The notes under the pieces were generated by a model that did not search any database, was not told the DNA's origin, and worked only from the letters and a program-made list of their open reading frames with translations. DNA of 64,000 nt from an uncultured delta proteobacterium (GTDB taxonomy: Bacteria > Myxococcota > UBA727 > VGSZ01), in contig CAVZJB010000012.1 in assembly GCA_963775425.1 (NCBI GenBank), positions 64,001 through 128,000 of the forward strand. The letters are read 5' to 3'. This document shows positions 21,902 through 32,509 of this stretch, piece after piece (within the stretch, counting starts at the first letter, position 1; each line of letters opens with the position of its first letter). Both the position numbers and the translations under genes were made by a program.

Positions 21902-23014
21902 GTGCAACAAATGTTGCAGTTGACCCCCGACGGCGCGTTCGGCGAGCGTCGGTCGCTGGGGGACAAGCTGGCCAAGCGAGACAAGCACGGCGCGCTCGCG
22001 AACACGGTGCGCCTCATCCAGCTCCTGCGCGGGAGGAGGCGAGGGTTGCGGGTGCGCCGGCTCGTCGACGAGCTCGGCGTGGGCCGGTCGAGCGTGTACC
22101 GCTACCTCGCGAGCCTCGAGCAGGGGCAGGTGCCGATCCGCCGGGAGAACCGCAACGGCGAGGCGTGGGTGGTGCTCGACGAAGTCGCCGGGGACCTCAC
22201 CGACGAGCAGCTCTGGGCGATCGCCGTCGCCCGCAGGCTCCTGCGCGGCCTCGAGGGCACGCCGGTCGCCACGGCGCTCGATCGCCTGGTGGCAGGGGTG
22301 GGCGACGTCAAGCTCGACGTCCGGCCGCCGGCGCCCCACGACAGCGTCGTCGCCGCCCGCGTCATCGACGCCATCCGCCGCCGCCGGCGCCTCGCGATCC
22401 GCTACCGGGGGCTGCGCGACGAGGAGCCCCGCGAGCGGGTCATCGAGCCCGTCGGGCTGCACGTCGCCGCGGGCGCCTGGTACCTCACCGCCTTCGACGT
22501 CGGCGCCGACGAGCCGCGCACGTTCAAGCTCGCCCGGTTCACGTCGGCGGCGGTGACGTCCGAGCGCGTGGCGGAGCGCGACGTCGACGTCGAGCGCATC
22601 TACGCGCAGAGCGTCGCCGTATGGTGCGGCGACCCCGTCGCCGTCGCCGTGCGCTTGACCGGCGAAGCGGCGCGGTTCGTCGACGAGTATCCGCTGCATC
22701 CGCAGCAGGTCGTCGAGCGGGACGGCGACGGCGTGGTCGTCCGCGCGACGGTCGCGGGCCTCGAGGAGGTGACGCGGTGGGTGCTCCGCTGGGGCCGGAG
22801 CGCGCTGGCGCTCGAGCCCCGGGCCTTGGTGGCGCGGGTCCGCTCGGAGATCGACGGCGCCGCGGCCGCCTACGGCGCCGGGTCGTCCGACACGTCCGGA
22901 CACGAATCGCCTGAAGCTGCACTTGTGCCGGGGAGGCTCGCCTCCAGCGCCAACAGGGCGACCGACATCTTGGGGGCGCGTGCCACGCGCACCGGGAGGA
23001 GACATTCGTCGTGA
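21902..23014 (+). CDS. HTH-WYL-WCX transcriptional regulator (true start probably further downstream)
   Basis: HTH 'LVDELGVGRSSVYRYLASLE'; WYL 'IRYRG...RERVIEPVGL...WYLTAFD...RTFKLARF'; WCX 'HPQQ...WVLRWG...LEP'. Confidence 0.9.
   Translation: MQQMLQLTPDGAFGERRSLGDKLAKRDKHGALANTVRLIQLLRGRRRGLRVRRLVDELGVGRSSVYRYLASLEQGQVPIRRENRNGEAWVVLDEVAGDLTDEQLWAIAVARRLLRGLEGTPVATALDRLVAGVGDVKLDVRPPAPHDSVVAARVIDAIRRRRRLAIRYRGLRDEEPRERVIEPVGLHVAAGAWYLTAFDVGADEPRTFKLARFTSAAVTSERVAERDVDVERIYAQSVAVWCGDPVAVAVRLTGEAARFVDEYPLHPQQVVERDGDGVVVRATVAGLEEVTRWVLRWGRSALALEPRALVARVRSEIDGAAAAYGAGSSDTSGHESPEAALVPGRLASSANRATDILGARATRTGRRHSS
21903..21918. promoter_or_regulatory. Perfect inverted repeat TGCAACA-AA-TGTTGCA, candidate operator at the WYL gene 5' end
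   Basis: AT-rich dyad in very GC-rich DNA, immediately followed by TTGACC. Confidence 0.5.
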
Positions 23015-23171
23015 CGGGGCAGTCTCACGGCTCGTTAGGGAGAGCTCAGGCACCGGGTTGCTCATCGCTGCCACGCTGCCCGGAGCTCGTGGGTGTCTGC
23101 GCGACAGCGCTCTATGCGCCGACAGGGTCGGTCTATACGGGGGAGCTGGTGACGCAGCCCCTCATGACCGT

Positions 23172-23720
23172 CTATTTCGTCGAGCCACTCCGCACGCCCG
23201 ACGGCGACGCCTCTCGAATAAGCTGCCCGTGGGCGAAGTCTGAGGCGAGCACGATGCGTGCGCACGCAGCAGCGTCCGAGCTGGCATCGTGGTGTACGAG
23301 CGCAATCGAGAGGTGCGCGCAAACCGTTGGCAGCCGCGCGTCCGGGAGCACCCACGTGTTCCGCGCAAGCTCCGCAGTGCAGAGCCATGGGAGACGCGGT
23401 GGAGTGACTCCCGCGCGCGCGCACAAGGTCCAGAGCACACGCCGATCGAACGCTGCGTGGTGGGCCGCGACAAACCGGGCACCGACAAGGAGCGGCGCCA
23501 GCCGGTGCCACGCGTCAACGAACGGGCCCGCTTCCTCGAGCGTCGCGCGCGGAGGGGCAGGAAGGGCGTGGCGACGAGGCCAGCGGTGCGGGGTGAATAT
23601 CTCGGTGCGCGGCTCTTCCACGTTGCGGTGCTCGACGCGAGCGATGGCCACGCACCACGCCGTGTCGGCGTGCAGCGAAAGAGTCTCGAAGTCGATCGCG
23701 ACAAACGCATCCATCGACAT
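23172..23720 (-). CDS. DEDDh 3'-5' exonuclease (DnaQ/epsilon-like), divergent from cas3
   Basis: 'FVAIDFET', 'AHHAAFD', 'HHDASSDAAACA'. Confidence 0.82.
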   Translation of the reverse strand: MSMDAFVAIDFETLSLHADTAWCVAIARVEHRNVEEPRTEIFTPHRWPRRHALPAPPRATLEEAGPFVDAWHRLAPLLVGARFVAAHHAAFDRRVLWTLCARAGVTPPRLPWLCTAELARNTWVLPDARLPTVCAHLSIALVHHDASSDAAACARIVLASDFAHGQLIREASPSGVRSGSTK

Positions 23721-23761
23721 CAGTCTGCACGAACGCGGCGCGCGCCGCTGCGGAGGCCCTT

Positions 23762-26392
23762 GTGCAAGGAGTGCCTGACGCATTCTGGGGGAAGCTTTCG
23801 CGGGACGAGCCTCCCTCGTGGCACCCGCTAGAGGACCACTGTGCGGATGTGGCAGCCGTGTGCGCGGCATTGCTCGAGCTCCCGATCTGGCGCCGCCGAT
23901 TTGCGCGCCACGCTGGATGGGACGTCCTTGATGACGTGACGGTCGCGCGGCTGGTGGTGCTCGCGGCACTTCACGACATCGGCAAGCTGAACCTCGGCTT
24001 TCAGGCGAAGGGACGACCCGATCTTGGTGTGCCAGAGCGCGGGCACGTCGTCGAAGGCTTCGGAATCCTGCACAAGGGATCGGACGAGGCATTCACGGCG
24101 CTCGGCGCTGGTGCGCTCGACGCGTGGGGCGCCGCCGTTTCCGATCTGTTCGAGGCGAGCATAGCGCACCACGGGCGGCCACCAGAGCCGACCTCGATCG
24201 ACTTTCAGCAGGCATGGTGGGCTGCGCGCGGCGGTCTCGCTCCCCTCGCCGGCCTGCGCGACCTACGCGCGCGGGTCGAGTGCTGGTCACCGCTCGCGTT
24301 CAAAACCGACGGGCGCGAGTTGCCGGATGCGCCAGCGTTCACGCACGCGTTCGCCGGGCTCGTCATGCTCGCAGATTGGCTCGGCTCGGATACCCGCTTC
24401 TTCCCGTACAGCGAGCAGCGGAGCGACGATCCCTCGGCGCGGTTTTCCTGGGCACTCGTGCGCGCGCGTACGGCGCTCGCCGAGACCGGCATCGCAGTCG
24501 AGGGGGCGCGCAAGGGGCTCAGCCGGCGTGACACCTTCAGTGCCGTAAGCGAGCACGCGCCGAACGCGGCACAGCGCGCATTGGCGAACCTGCCTTTGCC
24601 GGTAACCGATTCGAGCAGCATCTGTGTGCTCGAGTCGGAGACCGGCTCGGGAAAGACCGAAGCGGCGCTCGCGCGTTTCGTCACATTGTTCGCCGCCGGC
24701 CTCGTCGATGGGCTCTACTTCGCGCTACCCACGCGGACGGCAGCGACGCAGATTCACGGGCGCGTGGTGAAAGCGGCGCAGCGCGCGTTCGCGTCGCCGC
24801 CGCCCGTGGTGCTCGCGGTCCCAGGGTATCTGCGCGTCGACGACGTCGCCGGGCGACAACTGGCTCCCTTCCAAGTGCTCTGGCCGGACCAAGACCGCTT
24901 TCGGTTTCGAGCGTGGGCCGCGGAGCAGCCGAAGCGCTTCCTCGCAGGCGCCATCGTCGTCGGCACCATCGATCAGGTGCTGCTCTCTTCGCTACAGGTC
25001 GGCCACGCGCATCTGCGCGCGACCGCACTGCAACGACACCTGCTCGTTGTCGACGAGGTGCACGCATCGGATGCGTACATGACGCGCATTCTCGAGGAGG
25101 TGCTCGCGCATCACGCCGCGGGCGGCGGGCACGCCCTGTTGCTGTCGGCCACGCTCGGCGCGGAGGCGCGGTCGCGCTTGCTCTCTCCCAACGCAGGCTT
25201 CTCACTCGCTCGGCCGTCGCTCGCAGAGAGCATCGATGCACCGTACCCGGCGCTGACGTGCGCGGGAGCACACGTGGCATCCATCGTCCACGATGGGCGC
25301 GTCCGCGATGTCGAGGTTCGGCCTACGCCGTTGCTCGAGCATCCCAATGCGGTGGCGCAGGCCGCGCTCGAGGCAGCGGCGGAAGGAGCCAAGGTTCTGG
25401 TCCTGCGCAACACCGTGGCGGACTGCCTCGAGACGCAGGCCGGGCTCGAGGCGTGCGCGCAGGCGACTGGCCATGAGGATCTGCTCTTCTCGTGCAGAGG
25501 CGTGATCGCTCCTCACCACGCTCGCTACGCGCGCGCCGATCGCGTCGCGCTCGACGAGGCGATCGAGGCGCGCTTCGGCAAGGCCAGACCGGAGGGTGGT
25601 TGCGTCGTCGTCGCCACGCAGACGGTGCAGCAATCGCTCGATCTCGACGCTGACGTCCTGCTCACCGACCTGTGCCCGATGGACGTGCTCCTCCAGCGCA
25701 TCGGCCGCTTGCATCGGCACGAACGCATCCGTCCCGCGGGGTTCAACGGCGCCATCGTTCATCTTCTGGTGCCTGGGTCTCGCGATCTCGGCGCGCTCAT
25801 TCGGAGCGATGGGCGCGGGAGCCACCACCATGGGCTCGGCTCGGTTTACGACGACCTGCGTGTACTTGAGGCAACGTGGCGGTGCGTCGAGCGCACGCGG
25901 AACTGGACAATCCCGCACCACTGCCGACGCCTCGTCGAGCAGAGCGTGCATAGCGATGTTCTAGCGGAGATCGTGCGCGAGCTCGGAGGCGTGTGGGCAC
26001 TGCATGCACAGAGCATCCTCGGAGGCGTCAGCGGCCAAGCGCGTATCGCCGAGCTTGGCCTCGTCGACCGGACGAAGCCTTACGCGGCGATGCCGTTCGC
26101 GAGCGATCGAAAGATCCAGTCCAGGCTCGGGGAGAGCGATCGCCTAGTTTCGTTTGCGACAGGTTTCGTCGCACCTTTCGGCGACAAGGTCGACACGTTG
26201 TCGCTGCGGGCGGCGTGGGCGCGTGGGGCGGGGACGGATGAGACCGAGGCGACGGACGTGGAGCTGCTGGCGAGCGGCGGGGCGCGGTTCATGTTCGCCG
26301 ATCGGCGCTTCGTGTATGACCGTCTCGGTCTGCGCCCGCACGAGGAACCACAGATCGCGCCAACAATCAGAGGGGAGGACGACGATGCCTGA
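23762..26392 (+). CDS. cas3: CRISPR-associated HD nuclease/helicase Cas3
   Basis: HPLEDHCADV and LHDIGK (HD domain); ETGSGKT, DEVH, SAT, QRIGRLHR (SF2 helicase). Confidence 0.96.
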   Translation: MQGVPDAFWGKLSRDEPPSWHPLEDHCADVAAVCAALLELPIWRRRFARHAGWDVLDDVTVARLVVLAALHDIGKLNLGFQAKGRPDLGVPERGHVVEGFGILHKGSDEAFTALGAGALDAWGAAVSDLFEASIAHHGRPPEPTSIDFQQAWWAARGGLAPLAGLRDLRARVECWSPLAFKTDGRELPDAPAFTHAFAGLVMLADWLGSDTRFFPYSEQRSDDPSARFSWALVRARTALAETGIAVEGARKGLSRRDTFSAVSEHAPNAAQRALANLPLPVTDSSSICVLESETGSGKTEAALARFVTLFAAGLVDGLYFALPTRTAATQIHGRVVKAAQRAFASPPPVVLAVPGYLRVDDVAGRQLAPFQVLWPDQDRFRFRAWAAEQPKRFLAGAIVVGTIDQVLLSSLQVGHAHLRATALQRHLLVVDEVHASDAYMTRILEEVLAHHAAGGGHALLLSATLGAEARSRLLSPNAGFSLARPSLAESIDAPYPALTCAGAHVASIVHDGRVRDVEVRPTPLLEHPNAVAQAALEAAAEGAKVLVLRNTVADCLETQAGLEACAQATGHEDLLFSCRGVIAPHHARYARADRVALDEAIEARFGKARPEGGCVVVATQTVQQSLDLDADVLLTDLCPMDVLLQRIGRLHRHERIRPAGFNGAIVHLLVPGSRDLGALIRSDGRGSHHHGLGSVYDDLRVLEATWRCVERTRNWTIPHHCRRLVEQSVHSDVLAEIVRELGGVWALHAQSILGGVSGQARIAELGLVDRTKPYAAMPFASDRKIQSRLGESDRLVSFATGFVAPFGDKVDTLSLRAAWARGAGTDETEATDVELLASGGARFMFADRRFVYDRLGLRPHEEPQIAPTIRGEDDDA

Positions 26393-27947
26393 GATGATTC
26401 ATGATTTGCTGAACGAGCCAATACTGTCGTGGCGCGATGCGAAAGGCACGATCGCAAAGACCACGCTGCCTGGACTACTTGCGCGGCTCGGCGACGGCGC
26501 CTGCGTCGACTTCCCGCGCACACGCCCGCACCAGCACCACCCATGGGCAATGTTCCTGACGCAACTCGCGGTGCACGCGCTGAAGAAGGGTGGCGCGATC
26601 GATCCGCGGCAGAGCGAGCGATGGTGGCGCGAGCACCTGCTGGCGTTGTCTGGCGGGGCGGCAGAGGCGTGGCATCTCGTCGTCGAGGATTTGACGAAGC
26701 CGGCGTTTCTCCAGTCGCCGGTGCCCGAGGGCGCGTTGGTGAAGAAGGCCAAGGCGGGCAAGAAGGGCGCTCCGTGGGAGATCATTGCGCACGCCGACGA
26801 GCTCGATGTTCTCGTGACGAGCAAGATCCACGACGTGAAGGAGGGCGTCGTGGCGCGCGAAGATCACGAAGAGTGGGTCTATGCACTCGTTGTTGTGCAG
26901 ACGACGCAGGGCTATCCGGGCCGCGGCTATAATGGCGTCGCCCGCATGAACGGCGGCTACGGGAATCGTCCGCGCGTCGGCCTCTCACCGGGGTTGGATC
27001 CATCGCGGCGCTTCACCCGCGACGTAGCAGTGATGCTCGATGAGTGGCCGAAGCTGACGAAGGATCGCGGCTTCGCTGACGCAGGCGCCGGCGTGGTTTG
27101 GCTCCTGCCGTGGGACGGAGTGAAGTCGCTGGCGTTGACGGAGTTGGCCCCGCACTTCATCGAAATCTGCCAACGCCTGCGCTTCGAGCACGGAGACGAC
27201 GGCGTTGCAGCGCGGCGAACGACCAGCGAGCAGCGGAGGTGCGCGCCCGAGGTAGATAAGGGCGATGTCGGCGATGTTTGGATTCCTGTCGACGTCGCCG
27301 AGGCGAGCGCGTTTACCGCCGGCCCGTCCGGCTTCTCGTACGACAAGCTCGCCGCGCTGCTCTTTCACGACGGACATCGCGCCGCGCCGGCACAGGAGGC
27401 GCGCCCTGGCGACACCGACGTCATGTGGCTCGTGGCGTCCGCCCTCGCGCGCGGTCAGGGCAAGACTGAAGGGGTGCACGAGCGCCGATTGCGGCTCGTC
27501 GAACCCTTGCGAAGGCGCCTCGCCCAACGCGAAACGCGCGAGGCGCTTGCGACCCGCGCAAAGGAGCGGGTGGCGCGCGCCAAGCACCTCCGCTCGAAGG
27601 TTCTCTACCCGGCGCTTTGCCAGCTCGCTCGCGGAGACGAGGTACCGAAGGACGACTTTGGCGATCGAGTCGACGAAGTGTTCTTCGCTGAGCTGTTCGG
27701 CCACGTCGATGCCGACGACAAGGCGGCCAAGATGGCGTGGGACGTGAAGCTGCTCGTGCTTGCCCAGGCAGAGCTCGACCGAGCCATCGAGATGTGGCCG
27801 CTGCCCGACGCGCGCCGCTATCGCGCGGTGAGCGCGGCGACCGGCATGTTCGGCGGCTGTGCGCGCAAGCAAGCGCCCGACGCCTGGGCCGCGCTTCACG
27901 CGCGTGCCGACTATGACACCCAACAACCGACGGGAGACGTGGGATGA
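26385..27947 (+). CDS. cas8e: Type I-E large subunit Cas8e (Cse1/CasA)
   Basis: Position after cas3; 'HDLLNEPILSW', 'RPHQHHPWAMFLTQLA', 'PAFLQ', 'RMNGGYG.RP', 'ARGQGKTEG.HER'. Confidence 0.85.
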   Translation: MPEMIHDLLNEPILSWRDAKGTIAKTTLPGLLARLGDGACVDFPRTRPHQHHPWAMFLTQLAVHALKKGGAIDPRQSERWWREHLLALSGGAAEAWHLVVEDLTKPAFLQSPVPEGALVKKAKAGKKGAPWEIIAHADELDVLVTSKIHDVKEGVVAREDHEEWVYALVVVQTTQGYPGRGYNGVARMNGGYGNRPRVGLSPGLDPSRRFTRDVAVMLDEWPKLTKDRGFADAGAGVVWLLPWDGVKSLALTELAPHFIEICQRLRFEHGDDGVAARRTTSEQRRCAPEVDKGDVGDVWIPVDVAEASAFTAGPSGFSYDKLAALLFHDGHRAAPAQEARPGDTDVMWLVASALARGQGKTEGVHERRLRLVEPLRRRLAQRETREALATRAKERVARAKHLRSKVLYPALCQLARGDEVPKDDFGDRVDEVFFAELFGHVDADDKAAKMAWDVKLLVLAQAELDRAIEMWPLPDARRYRAVSAATGMFGGCARKQAPDAWAALHARADYDTQQPTGDVG

Positions 27948-28483
27948 GCGAGACCACACTTGAACGGCCGAGCGACGACGAACTCGTTCACCGCCTCGCT
28001 GCCGCGCTCGCCCAGGATGTCGGACGGCTCACGAGCGGCGACGTCGCCGCGCTACGGCGCATGGACCCGCGCCGCATCGACGCCGCCGGGTTCTGGAAGC
28101 TCGAGGCGCTCTTCCTCGAGGGTGTGCTCAAAGGGGAAGCGTATGCGCGCGCTCGACAAGAGACCCGCTGGGCAGCCGTGATGACCGGTCTCGCCGTGCT
28201 CGGACCGCTCCATCGCAGAGGAGCACGGCTCGGCGACGCGCTGCGCGCTGCCGGCCTCTCCGAGGTGCGTTTTGTGCGTCTGCTGCGGGCGGACGAGGAG
28301 ACGCTGCTCGACGAGCTTCCTTCGCTCGCGCGCCAGCTCGCGGCCAAGGGCACCGCGGTGGATTGGGCGGACGCCGCCCGACTGCTGCTCGTCGACGATA
28401 GAGACAGTGAGCGCGCCGAGCGTCACCGCCGCGCGCTCGCACGCGACTACTACCGAGACCCCGACACCAAGCCTTCGGCCTGA
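27944..28483 (+). CDS. cse2: Type I-E small subunit Cas11 (Cse2/CasB)
   Basis: 'GDVAALRR', 'SEVRFVRLLRA', 'VDWAD', 'LARDYY'. Confidence 0.9.
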   Translation: MSETTLERPSDDELVHRLAAALAQDVGRLTSGDVAALRRMDPRRIDAAGFWKLEALFLEGVLKGEAYARARQETRWAAVMTGLAVLGPLHRRGARLGDALRAAGLSEVRFVRLLRADEETLLDELPSLARQLAAKGTAVDWADAARLLLVDDRDSERAERHRRALARDYYRDPDTKPSA

Positions 28484-29735
<1,252 letters not shown>

Positions 29736-29739
<4 letters not shown>

Positions 29740-30491
29740 CACGCGTGCTCTTGCTGCGCCTCGACGCGCCGCTCGTCGCGTTCGGCGCGACGATGGTCGA
29801 CCAAAATGGAGTCGTGCAGCGGTTCCCGGCGCGCTCGCTTTTGACGGGGTTGTTTGCGAACGCGCTTGGCTGGGAGCACAGCGAGCACCAGAAGGCGCAG
29901 CGACTCCAAGCGCGCGTGCGCTTCGCGGCCCGCATCGACCGAGCCGGCGCAGCGCTCGTCGACTACCAGACCGTTGATCTCGGTCTGCCGTGGATGGATC
30001 CAGAACAGGCCGGGTGGACGACGCGCGGGCGCATCGCGGAGCGCGGTGGCGCTAGCAGCAAGGCAACGCACATCCGCTATCGGCATCACCGCGCCGATAG
30101 CGTTCATACCGTCGCCGTTGAGCTGGCCGGCGAGGACGACCCGGACGTCGAGGCCATGGCCGCGGCGCTGCGCGCACCCGCAAGGCCGCTGTTCATAGGC
30201 CGGAAGGCGTGTCTACCGGGAGCGCCGCTCGTCCTTCGCGTTGTCGATGCAATCAGCGCGCTCGCAGCGCTGGCGGCCGAGCCGCGACTCGTGTTGCGGC
30301 GGGGTGACAACGGCGCGCTGCTCGCGTGGTGGGACGAGGCGCTCGGCACCGAAGCGCAAGGCGTGCTCGGGCCGTTTGAGCCCGTCGTCGTCACAGACGA
30401 ACGAGACTGGCAGAACCAAATCCACGTAGGCCGGCGCTTCCTGACGCACGGCCGCGTTGACCCACCTCCTCCAGAGGCTCGCAATGCCTGA
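29736..30491 (+). CDS. cas5: Type I-E Cas5 (CasD)
   Basis: 'LLLRLDAPLVAFG...P.RSLLTGLFANALG', 'DYQTV', 'PARPLFIGRKAC'. Confidence 0.93.
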
Positions 30492-31254
30492 GAAGCTCCA
30501 TCTCGTGAAGATCCCGCTGCGCGCCGCTGCCCTGGTTCACATCGCGGAGCGCCGCGGCATCCCCTTGCGCGAGCTCGACGACGGTTACCTCGCCCACTGC
30601 CTGCTCACCGAGCTGTGGCAGGCGGAAGCGCCAACGCCTTTTCATCTGAAGGGGGCTGCTCTGAAAGGAGAAGGCGCTCGCGGCCGCGGGGTCATCGACG
30701 TGTGGGGTTACACCGGGAAGTCCGCCGAGGACCTCGCAGCCCATGCACGCGACTTCGGCGACCCCGTGCTGCTCGACGCAATCGATGGCGGACCGGCGTC
30801 GATCGCGAGCAAGGAGATGCCGCGCTTCGAGGTCGGGCGCCGCGTGGGTTTTCTGCTGCGCGCGTGCCCTGTGGTTCGGACAAAGAGCCCGCGCGAGCCC
30901 GGCCGCTCACGCGAGGTCGACGCATTCATCGCCGCTTGCACCAAGCACGAGGACGAGACGGTGGAACGCGAGCGCGTCTACGTCGACTGGCTGCGCGAAC
31001 GGCTGAAGGACAAGGGTGTGACCATCGAACGGCTCGCGCTCGCGGGCTTCTCCCGCGAGCGCCTGGTTCGCCGCACGCAAGGCGAACCGCGTGCGGCTAA
31101 AACCCTCGAACGGCCCGATGCACGGTTCGAGGGCGACCTGTGCATCGAGGATGCCGATGCCTTCACTGCGCTTCTTCGGCACGGCGTCGGCCGCCACCGT
31201 GCATTCGGCTTTGGGATGGTCGTCGTCGTACCGCCGGGGAACGGATGGTTCTGA
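30484..31254 (+). CDS. cas6e: Type I-E Cas6e (Cse3/CasE)
   Basis: C-terminal G-rich loop 'LLRHGVGRHRAFGFGM'; position in operon. Confidence 0.92.
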   Translation: MPEKLHLVKIPLRAAALVHIAERRGIPLRELDDGYLAHCLLTELWQAEAPTPFHLKGAALKGEGARGRGVIDVWGYTGKSAEDLAAHARDFGDPVLLDAIDGGPASIASKEMPRFEVGRRVGFLLRACPVVRTKSPREPGRSREVDAFIAACTKHEDETVERERVYVDWLRERLKDKGVTIERLALAGFSRERLVRRTQGEPRAAKTLERPDARFEGDLCIEDADAFTALLRHGVGRHRAFGFGMVVVVPPGNGWF

Positions 31255-32135
31255 AGGGCCGCCTCGGCCTAGAGACCGCACGCGTGCCTCACGCCGACCG
31301 GCACGGATGCATCTCGCTGAAGCGCGGCAACCTCTATGTTGAGGACGGCACGCTGCGCTTCAAGGCGGCGGGAGATGGCGATCTCGAGCCAGGCGACTAC
31401 GGCCTGCCGTTCCAGACGATCAGTGTCTTCTTTCTGGGGCCCGGCACGACGGTGAGCCACGATGCGCTTCGCCTCCTCGCGCGCCACGGGACGGCCCTGG
31501 TGGCAACAGGCGAGGACGGCGTGCGCTTCTACGCCTCGATGCCGTTTGGCGCTGATGCGTCAAAGCTCGCGCGCCGACAAGTTGAGCTCTGGGCGGACGC
31601 GCGGAAGCGTGTTTCCGTTGCGCGACGCATGTACGCGTGGCGCCTCGGCGAGGTTCTGCCGTCGACGGACATCACGGTTCTTCGCGGCATCGAGGGAGCG
31701 CGCGTCAAGACGATGTACAAGGCCCTGGCGCAGCAACACGGCATCGCATGGCAAGGACGCCGATATGACCGCGACGATCCAGAGGCGACCGATCGCGTAA
31801 ACCAGGCACTCAACCATACGGCGACGGCGCTGAGAGCCGCGGCGATGATCGCCGTTGCTGCGACATCGACCATCCCGCAGCTCGGCTTCATCCATGAAGA
31901 CTCGGGTAACGCATTGCCCCTCGACATCGCCGACTTGTATCGGGAGGCGGTGGCGTTGCCCGCCGCGTTTATCGCCGTCAAGCGCTTCGAGCAGCGACCG
32001 CACGAGCCGCTGGAGCGGCACGCGCGGCGGGCTGCAGGCCGCATGCTTTCAGATGAGCACGTCATTCCCGCGATGATCGACAAGTTGCACGACCTATTCG
32101 GCAGTCCCGCATCTGGAAGCGACACCGCAACATGA
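31245..32135 (+). CDS. cas1: Cas1
   Basis: 'LGPGTTVSHDALRLLA', 'LRGIEGARV', 'NQALN', 'LGFIH...DIADLY'. Confidence 0.96.
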   Translation: MVLKGRLGLETARVPHADRHGCISLKRGNLYVEDGTLRFKAAGDGDLEPGDYGLPFQTISVFFLGPGTTVSHDALRLLARHGTALVATGEDGVRFYASMPFGADASKLARRQVELWADARKRVSVARRMYAWRLGEVLPSTDITVLRGIEGARVKTMYKALAQQHGIAWQGRRYDRDDPEATDRVNQALNHTATALRAAAMIAVAATSTIPQLGFIHEDSGNALPLDIADLYREAVALPAAFIAVKRFEQRPHEPLERHARRAAGRMLSDEHVIPAMIDKLHDLFGSPASGSDTAT

Positions 32136-32449
32136 GCATGACGGTCGTGGTCACGCGAAACGTCCCGGAACGCTACCGAGGGTTCCTCGCGTCGTGTATG
32201 CTCGAACTCGCTCCAGGCGTGTACACCTCGCCGCGCATGACGAGAGCCATTCGGGAGCGGGTCTGGAACGTCTGCATCGAATGGTGCGGTCTACTGCCCC
32301 TTGATGGCGCGGTCGTAATGACATGGCGCGACCGGAGGGAGACTGGTGGCCAGGGGGTACTCACCCTTGGAGTTCCGCGAATGGACATCCGCGAGCACGA
32401 CGGTCTCAGGCTCGTCCGTCGCGACCTCCCTTCTCTGAAAACTGAATAA
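32132..32449 (+). CDS. cas2: Type I-E Cas2
   Basis: 'VVVTRNVPERYRGFLASCMLELAPGVY...RERVW'; no DnaQ fusion. Confidence 0.95.
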   Translation: MSMTVVVTRNVPERYRGFLASCMLELAPGVYTSPRMTRAIRERVWNVCIEWCGLLPLDGAVVMTWRDRRETGGQGVLTLGVPRMDIREHDGLRLVRRDLPSLKTE

Positions 32450-32509
32450 ACGGAGGCGGCGAGCAGCGCGGCTTGCACTCCCCTCCAAATTCGTCAACCC
32501 TGAGACAGA
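32450..32509 (+). promoter_or_regulatory. Short CRISPR leader
   Basis: 60-bp, less GC-rich gap between the cas2 stop and the first repeat. Confidence 0.6.
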
